The notes beneath the pieces were generated by a model. That model had not been told where the DNA came from. It saw nothing but the letters and a program-made list of their open reading frames with translations, and did not search any database. Below, one piece after another: positions 1 through 12,000 of a DNA stretch of 64,000 bases. The number at the start of each line of letters is the position of its first letter. Position 1 is the stretch's first letter. The position numbers and the translations under genes are program-made. The stretch comes from Mobula hypostoma (taxonomy: Eukaryota), in assembly GCF_963921235.1 (NCBI RefSeq), contig NC_086097.1, forward strand, positions 179,182,001 to 179,246,000. Reading direction: 5' to 3'.

Positions 1-1945
1 AGCTTGTACACTACTCTCTGCGGTTTTTTGTGGTCACGGGTAGAGCAATTGCCCAGCTGCCACAATAGAAATCAAACTGCTATCTTTGGATCAATAATCT
101 AACCCAGTGATATAACTAACTGCTGTGGTACAAAACTTTGCAAGTTTAATATTGTTGGTATCTAGTTATTTTCCACAGTGTGGTGTCAGGTGCAGAAGTT
201 AGGTCATGTATGGGAAACTGGAAGGTCCGTCAAACTGCAAACTAAAGTTTTTCAAGTTACAAACTTCCCTGTAGAAAGGAACAGAACCTTTCCATTCAGA
301 AAACCCCAAACCTCTGCTATTCTAAACACATCCCACTTACCAATATTGATCACGAGAGAGTAAAGCTCACACAGAGTTGAGTCATCATCATACTTTAGAC
401 TTGAATGATGGGAACTCGTACACATATTGGTAAGTCATGGTTAGAAAGTAAAACTTGGTCTACTCCTCATTATTTGAGCATAAGTCTTTTGATTCCTTGG
501 GATTATAACTCCCACTATCAATATATTAATCTTAACACTTGGAAAATAGTGACGATGGCGAACAATAAGGGCTCTTAAATCGGGAAACCTTCCAGTAGAG
601 TGGGTATATAAAGAATCGGAACGCATCTTCCTGAACAATTAATATATTATTAATAGACAAAGCTGATGGCAAGCTCAAGGCAGTGAGAAGGCATTGTGTG
701 AGCTGTGAAGTGTGGAACGAGCTGCCAGCGCAAGTGGTGCACACAGCTCAGTTTCAAAGTTTAAGAGAAATTTGGATAGGTATGTGGATGGTTGGGATAT
801 GGAGGGCTATGGTCCCAGTGCAAGTCAATGGGCGTAGGCTGTTTAAATGGCTTGGGATAGAGTCAATGGGCTGAAGGACTTGTTTCTGTGCTATAGTTTT
901 CTATGACTAAGTTCCAGAACCCATTCTGATTTTGAGTCATACAGTAATATACAGCAGGAAACAGGCCATTTGGCCCAACTCATCCATGCCCACCAAGCTG
1001 GACCCATATGTCCACATTTTGCCCATATCCCTCTAAACCTTTCTTATCCATGTAACATCCAAATGATTTGGAAATGTCGTTCCCCCAGCAGCTTGTTCCA
1101 TATATGCATCACCCGTATACCTCTCAGTGGTGTGCTGGCATTAACTGTCCGTTTAACTTGCTGTAGAAAGTAAGCTGGCGACAATCAGTATTCACAATTT
1201 ACCAACAGCTTAAAATGAAAATTCAGTCCTACACATTCAAAACTATCTTACAAAATGATGCACATAGTTGCAAAACTGGAGCTAGATGAATGGAAATAAT
1301 TGGATAATTCCACTGGCAAACTCAGCAACTGGTGCAGTAGGTTTCTTCCCTCCACCATCAGATTTCTGAATGGACAATGAACCCATGAACACTTCCCCAG
1401 TACTTTTTTCCCCCGTCTTTTTGCACTTTAATTTTTTATTGAAATTTATCATTTTTATTAGTATGTATTACACAATGTACTGCTGCGCAAAACACCAAAT
1501 TTCAGTAAATATGTTGGTGATATTAAACCTGATTCTGATTCTAATTTTGAAGTAGGCAAGTGGAGTGGGCATTGTTGGAGCGGCCATTGTGTGTGTGGGC
1601 CACTTTTAGAGTGGCTTTGGATCATCAGGCTTGGGTGAGGTAGTTATCTCGTAAGTTTCTTCTTTTTTCTTCATTCCTGGTCTGTTAGGGTACAGTTAGT
1701 GCAGTGGGAATGGCTCCAGGGACTGTGTTGTGTTCTTTGTGCGAGATGTGGAAATTCAGTGACTGAGACCCATTTTATGCAGTTTATACGTGACTGCTCT
1801 CCGCTCTGGAAGAATGATCCTGCTATTGTTTTGGCTCCAAAACAGCACAACCACCTCCAAGTTATTGTTTACCAGCCCATTTGTTCATGTCGTTGTGAAG
1901 GAAGGAATTCATTGAACAAATTCAGATTAGAATCAATTTTAATGT

Positions 1946-1951
1946 TTTATT
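1946..1951 (-). terminator. Candidate poly(A) signal AATAAA for IMPACT (3'UTR about 1 kb)
   Basis: tttatt on + strand about 1 kb past the stop codon, at the end of a mostly non-repetitive stretch; motif only. Confidence 0.45.
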
Positions 1952-2955
1952 CAGAACATGAAGTTTAGAGTGAAAATGTGGCAATTAACTACTAAGTATT
2001 TGCTCTTCAGTTCCCACTTCTATTTAAAGCAGAGAAAAATCGTATCAGGTCAGTTCAACGGTTCAGCACTGGAAATGAGCAATTTGTTTAAATCACTAGA
2101 ACATTTGCTGCCTCATCCAAAAGATTAAGAAGCTATTTGTAAAGTTAGGGTTTCACAAAACAACGTGTTCAGGTGTAAAATTAAAACCCATCATGAGCAC
2201 AGTTCACCAAACTTCAGATCTTCCTGTATCCAACCCAAGGATTCCAGAAATATACTGATCTCATTGTACTATTGATCAGGACCAAATATTGATTAAGAAC
2301 AGATGACATGGTAGCACAAGGGCACAGCTGCCTCACAGTTCCAGTCCCTATGCAGCACCACATGAAATCAACTGACAATTGGACAGGAATGAGACAAGCC
2401 AGTTGTTATCCGGAAAGGTAGAGGAAGCCAGTTCAGAAGGGAATTGGAAATTCCTGAAAAGAGGCAAAGCTGTGGGAGAAAGAAAAGGGAACAAATTGAA
2501 TAGAATCAAAGAGCTAGCACCTACTTGAAGGCCTGAATGTCTACCAACTCTTCTTCGCCTTGACATTCCAATAAGAATCAATATTGTTAATGGAACATGG
2601 CAGTGGACTGAAAAACGCTGCTGAATCTCAAACCCTCTCCTTTCATGAGCGATGTTTATGGACATGTGGACGCTTGCTCTGGAAATCAAGAAGTTTTGAT
2701 CTGAATCTTCTTGGTGGGGGGCGGTGTCATCAACTAGTAGTGACCACTTGCTGAGAGCAACAGGCAGGAAGAAATACAACTGGTTGCAGGCAAAGGATTT
2801 GGATTAAATTCCTGGAGTACAACAGTACAAAGACAGCAAATGGATTCAGCAAGAATATTTTCCTGTATTTCATTTTGGCTTCAGTAGGGCAGTTCTGGAC
2901 AAACTGATATCGTTCTTATCCATTAATTAGAAAATATCAATGTTACTTCCTCCAT

Positions 2956-3015
2956 TTATTTTCCTTTCTTGTTCTTTAGCTTTTTGTTCTTTATTGGCGT
3001 CTTTGACACTTCCCC
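2956..3015 (-). CDS. IMPACT: IMPACT last coding exon (GEVSKTPIKNKKLKNKKGK*)
   Basis: Acceptor aatcttgtag; lysine-rich tail like other vertebrate IMPACT C-termini; TAA at 2958-2956. Confidence 0.88.
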   Translation of the reverse strand, partial: GEVSKTPIKNKKLKNKKGK

Positions 3016-6000
3016 CTACAAGATTAACACAAAATTTTATCAGTGTTATGACCTTGAGAGATGCACGTATATTCATGTAGGGGTAGGCAGAACAGCAGTA
3101 GGTGAGGATGAAGGCAGGAGGATGTAAAAGAACTGCAAAAACTTCAGTGGGTGGACAAAGCTACGGCAGATACAGTTTAAATATCTGAAATCATAGTCAT
3201 CTCCCATGATCACAAAAGAAATTAATCAGAGTAATTTCAGATTGCCAAGAAGCTGGCAACTAATTGAAGAGATTTAGCAATCATCAGAAATTGTAGTGAG
3301 TAAGAAGTAATAAAGGGAGAGGGTGGTGGTGGATGGGCACTTGTCCAACTGGAGGTCTGTCAATGCGACCTCTGGCATTGATTGATTTGGATGAGAACAG
3401 AGTTGGTTTGATTACTAAGTTTGAAGATCATATTGGTGGAGTCATAGAGAAGAAAGAAAGTTGTTCAACAATATAGGGGGACACAAGGCAGCTGGAAAGC
3501 TGGGACATTTAGAGTACATGGTAGAGACAATAGGAGTTTTGATATACAAATGGACTTTGGGGTAGAAGTCCTTAGGTCACTGAAAGACGTACACAGGTAG
3601 ACAGGGTAGTGAAGAAGGCATTTGGTCTGTTTTGTTAGGCCCTGAGTACCAGAGATGGGATGTCATGTTGGAGTTGTATAACACATCGGCAAGACATGTT
3701 GCAGCTGTTAAACAGTATTATGTAGAGATCCAGTCCCATTACAGGAAGAGTGTGGTAGCAATAAAGAGAGTACAGAGGAGGCTCACAGGAATGGAGTGCT
3801 ATAGTTTTGAGATTGGATAGGCTGGGTTTATTTTCATTGGAACATAGAAAGCTAAGGTGGGCTGCAGAGCCTGTTCTTGTGCTGTTCAATTCTATCTATG
3901 ACAATTTCCACCAGCTCTAACTGGACGTCGCCATTCAACACACCTTCCCTTCTATTCCCCTCTTAGCAGTCCAAATGGTCTCTTAGCAATTAATTGGTCT
4001 ACTCATGCACCTCCCCCTCCCACTGACAGAGGTACAACTGCTCCTTCACCTTGTCCCTTCTCACCACCCAGGAACTCACAACAGCCCATCCAGTCTGATG
4101 TTTCCTCTGCACCGGGAGTATTGAATCAGGGGTCACAGCCTCAAAACAAGGGACTCACCATTCAGAACAGAGAGAGGAAAAGGTTTCCTCAAATCGAAGA
4201 TGGTGAATCTTTAGAATTCTCTACTCCAGGGGTGTGGAAGCTCAAGGTGCTTCATTTTCAGAAGACAAATTAGGATAGGGCTTTTACAATGAAAATCCTG
4301 AAAGTTCTGAAACATATCTGGTGTGTGTCACAGGTAGACAGGGTGGTTAGGAATGCTTGTGGCTCACTGACATTCATCAGTCAGGGTGCTGAGTACAGAA
4401 GTTGAAATGTTATGTTGCAGGTGCAGAAGACATTGCCAAGGGTACATTTTGGAGTATTAAGTTCAGTTTTGATTGCCATGTTAAAAGAAAGACGTCATTA
4501 AACTGGAAAGAGTTCAAAGAATATTTATGACAGCGTTAACAGGGCATGAGGGACAGAATAATAGGGAGAGGTTGAACTTTACTGCTTGGAGCATAGGAGA
4601 CTGAGGGGTGACTTTAGAGGGGTATAAAGTCACAAGGGCTGAAAACAAGCTGAACGCACACGGTCTTTTTCCTTGGGAAAGGTAATCAGAAACCAGAAGA
4701 CATAGGTTTCAGGTGAGAGGGGAAAGATTTAAAAGGGACCTTCTTCACACAGAGGGCAACGGGTATAAGGAATAAGCTGCCACAGAAAATGGTTGAGGCA
4801 GGTACAATAACAACATTTGGACAGGTACATGGATAGGAAATGCTCAGAGGAATATGGGTCAAACACGGGCAGATGGGATTAGCTTAGTTGGGCATCTTAA
4901 TCACGGACAATGGTCCATTCTGGAAACAAAGTGTCTACTTCCATACTGTGTTACTCCATGGTCCTATGATGTTATTGAATGGAATAGCAGGCGCAAGGGG
5001 CTGAGCAGCCTATTCCTGGTTATATTGCTTAAATCACAATTACTTACTGGACTAAAGAGCTGGTCTTACCCCAAGTTCGCTGTAACCCTCATCAACGAGT
5101 AGGTTTCTAGCACAATTGTTGATATGCTTGAAGCGGTCGGGTCCTAGCAAAATCCCCCCGTACCACCGGGAAACCACCACCAGCACATTGCGGACATCCA
5201 AAATCTGTTGAAGCAAGGCAGCAGTGAAGAAATGCACTCACTGATAATGAGAGTTGACAATGACAGACAAAAGCAATGTGAACTGTATCAACATGCTAGA
5301 ACATTGGCAGCTGAGGGATGACTTGGCATTAGGTTATTATTGTTACACATACCAAGATACAGTGAAAAGCTTTTGCTTTGCACATCATCCAGACAGATCA
5401 TTCCATACATAGCGACGAACTTGTAGCAAAAAGGAAAGAAAGGCACAGTACAGTACTGCATTTACAGAGAAAGTGCAGTGCAGGCAGATAATAATACATA
5501 ACCATATGAGTTAGACTGAGGGATCGACAGTTCATCTTTCAGTGTAAGGAAAGTCCATTCAAGGGTCTGATAACAGCACGATTGACACTGTCCTCGAGTC
5601 CGGTAATACGTGCTCTCAAGCTTTTATGTCTTCTGCCTAATTGGGAGAGAGGAGAAGCGAGAACAACCAGGCAGAGGGGGGACTTTAATTACGCTGGGAG
5701 CTTTACTGAGGCAGCGGGAAATGCAGATGGAGTCAATGGTTTGTGTGAAATGGGCTGTGTCCACAACTCTCTGCAGTTTCTTGCGGTCTGGGGTCGAGCG
5801 GCTGCCACACAAGCTGAATGGATGCATCCATTTAGGATTTTACAAAATATTGGGGGGCATAGGCAGGATAGATAGTCACCATCTATTTTCCACAAGGTAG
5901 GGGAGTGTCCCTGGAATTAGAAAGGTTTAAGATGAGAGGGTAAAGATTTAAAGGGACAAGTTTTCCACACAGAGGATGGTGGGCATATGGAGCGAGCTGC

Positions 6001-9000
6001 CAAAGGAAGTGGTAGCGGTGGGCACAATTATAATGTTTAAATGGTATTTGGACTGGTATAAATTAAACATAATAAAACTATGTAAAGTATGTTACCAAAT
6101 ACTACCTTGAGATTCATTTTCCTGCAGGCATTTATAGGAAAAAAGAAATACAATAGAATTTTACAAAAAACTACATTGGCCGTTTCTCAGTCTGCCTATG
6201 TACAAACGATAAACTGTGTAGGTAAATACTGCGAACATGAGTTGGAAAGGATTAGAGCAATATATACCTATTGCAGGCAAATGGGAATTGCATAGAGAGG
6301 CATCACGGCAGCATGGACAAGCAGGGATAAGAGGGAAGGAATCTGTGCAGATGATTCTGCGAAAGGATAGAACTATCAGGTATCGTTCAGCTTATTGTTA
6401 CCTGCATGAGATGTAGCAAACGGCCCCCAGCTGCAGTCTCGCCATCATCCTCGCAGTCCTGCAGGAACGTCCGTTTGTCTTCACAGTATATCCTAGAGAA
6501 ATAATGCTCCTGCTGTACTCTTCTCAGTCACCAAACCAGAAGTGTAAACTTGGACACTGCTATCAGTAAAGTAGATAACTGGCAATACCAAACTCTGAGG
6601 GTTGATTTAAAATGTTTTCTTTAACCCCAGTACCGTAGGAGAGATGCCCATCTTGTATCCAGAAATACTAGTGCAGGAGAAAACCATTGAGCCTTTGATC
6701 CTGCTTCTACCCATCAAAGTGACCCTGGGTGATTGTATAAATTAATAATCAAGTCATACAGCTTGAAACAGACCCTTCAGTCCAACAGGTCCATGCCAAC
6801 CAAGGTGCCATCAATGCTGATCCCATCTGTTTGTGTTTGGTCCATATCCCACCTATCCATGTACTTGTATGAGTAGCTTATAAACAGTGTCAATGTACCT
6901 GCCTCAACCACTTCTCCTGGCAGCTCATTCCATTTACTGAATAGCTTCTAGGTAAAAATGTTGCCCCTTGGGTTCTTATTAAATCTTTCCCATCTCACCT
7001 TAATCCTGTGCTTCCTAATTCTTGACTCCTCAACCCTAGAAAAAGGACCCATCTATGACCATCATGATTTTATACACATCTGTGAGATGAACCCTCATTT
7101 TCCTACACTCCACAGAATAAATTTTTAGCCTGCTCCACCTTTCTCCGTAGCTCAGCACTGAAGTCTCCTGTTCTTCCCATATCCCTGGATCCCTCTAGCT
7201 TCAAGGATAATATCCAATTCCTTCTTGAAAATATTTAATGATTTGACTTCTATTGAAGGAAATCACTTTTATTTAGCAGCTTTAACATTGAGAAAGATCC
7301 CAACTGATTTTTATTGATGCTGTGGTGAAAACCAATGCACTTACGTGCTTTACATTTAAGCTTGGTTGCAGTTGAGCTTCTCGGTGAGGTTAGACATTAG
7401 ACACAGCTATCCAAGATGACATGGACAATGGGCATGTGAGTCCCTTTCTCTTCAAACCACCCTCTCACCTTGTCCTGGGTGCACATCACCAATGCTGCTC
7501 TGTCCAAAGTCTGAAATTCCCAACCCAGCTGAATTGTAGGGGCACCTTTGCTAGAAAGCATGTAGTCAACAGCTTGCGACCAATCCCATCTGCCTGCATT
7601 TGGCCTATATCCCTCTCTTCCCTGCACTTTCATGTCTCTACCCCTTAAACATTGCTATCATATCTGCTTCCACTACCTTCAGTATAAAAAAAGTTGTCTG
7701 AAAATCTTGAAACTTTCTGTTCCTCACCTTAAAGTTACGTACTCTGGTATTCGACATTTCCACACCGAGAAAAAGTCTCCAGGCATCAACCTTATCTGTG
7801 CCTCTAATAATTCCAGTCATGTCTCACCTCAGCCTCTCTTGTTCCCAACAAAACAATCCAAGTTTGTCCAACCTCTCCTTGTATCTAACGCCCCTAATCC
7901 AGGCAGCATCCTGGTAAACCTTTTTGCAACCCCTCCAAAGCCTCCACTTTCTTCCTGTAATGGGACAATCAGAACTGCACACAATACAAATGTGGCCTAA
8001 GCAAACAATGGAACAGCAACATGATTTCCTAACTTTTACACTCAGTTTCCTGACCAATGAAGACAAGCACACCATATTCCTCCTTTACCACCTTAACTAC
8101 TTCAGGGAGGTATAGACTTACACCCCAAGACCCCTCTTATTATCAATGTCCCTAGTGTTTCCATACATTTCTCCTTACATTTAAACTCCTAAAATGTTGT
8201 ACTCAATCTTCCAACTCTCTGCCCACATTTCCAGCTGGTCTACATCTTGTTGTATCTATTGACGATCTTCCTCACTATCTGCATCTCGGTCAATGTCTGT
8301 GTCGTTTGCAACTTACCAATCAGCCCATCTAGGTTTTGCCCAAATCAATTACATACAGTACATTACATGTACAGGTGTCCCCCGCTTTTCAAACGTTCGC
8401 TTTACGAAACCTCACTGTTACGAAAGACCTACATTAGTACCCTGTTTTCGCTTTCAGAAGGTGTTTTCACTGTTATGAAAAAAATTCAGCGCACAATAAA
8501 AGGCAGAGCGTGCCCCAAGCAGCCGCTCTGCCCCGAAATGGGAACTGCTTTGCTTTAACACGTGCCTGTGAGCAGCCGTTTGCAAGATGAGTTCTATGGT
8601 ATTGGAAAAGCCTAAAAGAGCTCGTAAGGGTGTTACACTTACAGTAAAACTAGACATAATTAAGCGTTTTGATCATGGTGAACGAAGTAAGGACAACGTG
8701 GGTTTGGTTTGTGGAAGCTGACGAACATGATGTTGAAGAGGTTTTGGCATCCCATCGCCAAGAACTGACAGATGAAGAGCTGATGCAATTGGAAGAAAAA
8801 AGGATAACAATCAAAACCGAATGAGTAATGATAAAGTACGACTTTAATTTTGAAAGGGTACGTCAGTTTAGGAGATATTTGCAGGATGGTTTGAGTCCTT
8901 TTTAAAGAACTGTGTGATAGAAAAATGCGCAAGGCTCAGCAGTCAAGCAAGCCTTCTACATCAGCCACAGCAGACGACTAACCTTGACCTTCGACATCGA

Positions 9001-12000
9001 GGCGGGCAGAGATAGAAGATGAGCTGCCTGCTCTAATGGAAACAGGCGACCAGATGACACCCCAGTGTCCCACCACCCCAACCCCCAGGCCACGGACAGA
9101 TACCGATTCGCGGAAAATGCAACAGTAGCCGGGATGCACACAGCACATCTTTTAAGAAAAAAGCCGAAATAAACATGCTAATTAATTAGGCGCCGCCTGG
9201 CACATAATTGTCGGCCCAGATCAGTGCCGATGCAATCGGCAATCACCTCTGATCTGCGCCGACATTTACGTGCCGGGCAGCACCTAATTAATTAGCATGT
9301 TTATTTCAGCTTTTTTCTTAAAGATGTGCTGTGTGCCTCCCGGCTACCCCTGCGTGCTTCGCGGCAATGTATCAGTTGGCGGCCCAGAGGGTGGGGGCCA
9401 CTGCACCACCCAGCCTGCGACGACTCAGTCTAACACACCATCATCAGTGTGCTCAATGTCTTCCCATTCCGGTAAGTGATACTACACTGTACATACATTA
9501 TTTCTACTTTATATAGGCCGTGTATTTTTACGTGTTATTTGGTAGATTTGGCAGCTTCATAGCTTAAAGGTTACTGGAGAGCGCGTTTATGCCAACAGCG
9601 CTTGCGTGAGATTTTCACTACGGAGATCTGTGCAGGGAATTGTTGTAGAGAAGTACTTCTGCTTTATATAGGCTGTGTATTTATCATATCATTCCTGCTT
9701 TCACTATATGTTACTGTTATTTTAGGTTTAATGTGTTATTTGGCATGATTTGGTAGGTTATTTTTGGGTCTGCGAACGCTCACAAAATTTTCCCATATAA
9801 ATAAATGGTAATTGCTTCTTTGCTTTACGACATTTCGGCTTATGAACCGTTTCATAGGAACGCTCTACCTTCAGATGGCGGGGGAAACCTGTATATATTG
9901 CAATGGGTGGAACAAAAGTAGACCCCTGTTATAGGGCTATAACAGGATTCCACTTCTTGAAATCCACTATATTGAAATCCTTGCTTAAATAAGACCAATA
10001 CTGTGCATAGCTCTCGTGATCTGGTTTCACCAATACTCTACAGAAGTGAGAGATCCAGATGCAGCACAGTTTGAAACTGCTTATGAACCATCATATGTGG
10101 GTACAGCAAGTAATTAGGAAAGCCAATGGAATGTTTTGTTGGGGAATGGAATACTTAAGAAATGAGGTCAAGCTTCATAAAACCACAAGATATAGGAGGA
10201 AAATTAGGCAATTTGGCCCATTAAGTCTGCTCTGCTATTTAATTATAACTGATTTTTTTCAAACCTCATTCTCCTGCGTTCTCCCCATAACTGTTAAACT
10301 CTTATCAATCAAGACCTATCCCTCTCTGTCTTAACTACATCCAATGATGACTTGGCCTCCAGAACCCTCTGTAGAAATGAATTCCAAAGATTCATCACCC
10401 TCTGGCTGAAGAAATTCCTCCTCATCTCAATTCTAGAGGGATATTCTTTATTCCAAGGGTATGTCTTGGATACTAGACTCTTTTCTCAATGCCCACTCTA
10501 TCTAGGCCTTTCATTTTCAGCTAGGTTTCATTGAGATCCCCTTCATCCTTCTGAACTTCAGCGAGTACAGGCCCAAAGATATCAAACACCTCTCCTTTGT
10601 TAAGCCTTTCATTTCTGGGATCATTCATATGAACTTCCTCAGGACCCTCTCAAGGGTCAGCATAGACTTCTTTGGATATGGGACCAAAATTTCTCACAAT
10701 ATTCTAAATCGTCTTAACCAACACCTGTAGAAGGACGCAGACATTAGGAAAATGGGCAAAGAAGTGGCAGATGGAATATGGTGAAGAAAAATGTACAGTC
10801 ATACACTTTGGTAGAAGGAATAAAGGCGTAGATTATTTTCTAAATGGGGAAAAAAATTCAAAACTCAGAGGTGCAAAGGGACTTCGGAGTCCTTATGCAG
10901 AATTTCCTAAAGATTAATTTGCAAGTTGACTTGGTGGTAAGGAAAACAAATGCAATGTTAGCATTCATTCTTTTCAAGAGGACCAAGATACAAGAGCACG
11001 GATGTAATGCTGAGGCTTTATAAGGTATGGATCAGACTGCACTTGGAGTATTGTCTGCTCTGCTGTTTTGGGCCCCTTATACAAGAAAAGATGAACTGGC
11101 ATTGGAGAGGGCCCAGAAGGGGTTTACGAGAATGATTCTGGAGATGAAAGGATTAGCGTATAGGCAGCGTTTGATGGCTCTGAGCCTGTACTTGCTGGAG
11201 TTTAGCAGAATAAGAGGGACCTCATTGAAACCTATCAAATATTGAAAAGCCTAGATAGCCTGGATGTGGAAAGGAAGTTTCCTATAGTCGATAGCTCTCT
11301 ACTAGGACCAGAGGGAACAGCCTCAGGATAGAGGGACATCCATTTAGAACAGAGATGGGAAGGAATTTATTTACCAGGCGATGGTGAACCTTTGGAATTT
11401 ATTGCCATGTCAGCTGTGGAGGCCAAGTGATTGAGTAGATTTAAAGCAGAGGTCAATAGTTCTTGATTAGTCATTGCATCAAAGATTATGGGGAGAAGGC
11501 ACAAGAATAGGGTTGAGAGGAATAATAAATCGGGCATGATGGAATAGCAGAGCAGACTGTATGGGCCAAATGGCCTAATTCTACTCCTATGTCTTATGGT
11601 CTCAGCAATACATCCTTACCTTTATATTCTAGTCCTCTCTAATTTTTTTTCCCCCAATGTAGGGAAGTCCAAACCCAGGGGACATAAGTTTAGGGTAGGA
11701 GGGGAAAGATTTAAAAGGAACTTGATAGGCAACTTTTTCTACACAGAGAATGGTGAGCAGATGGAACGAGCTGCCAGAGGAAAAGGTTAAGGCCCGTACA
11801 ATAGTATCATTTAAGAAGCACTTGGATAGGTACCTGGAGGGATGGAGCAAAGGGGATGCGAGTCAAACACAGGAAATTGCCACTAGCCGGGTGGAGGGGC
11901 TGAAGGGCTGAAGGGCCTGATTCCATGCTATACTGCTCTGTGACTCTAATGAATGCTAACAGTGCATCTGCCTCTGTTATTACCAACTCAATCAGCAAGT

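Noticed and set aside
1..640. Non-repetitive stretch with splice-like sites (plus acceptor near 178, donors near 430 on plus and 340 on minus) and short ORFs
   Set aside because: No translation matched a protein I recognise, and no consistent exon could be supported.
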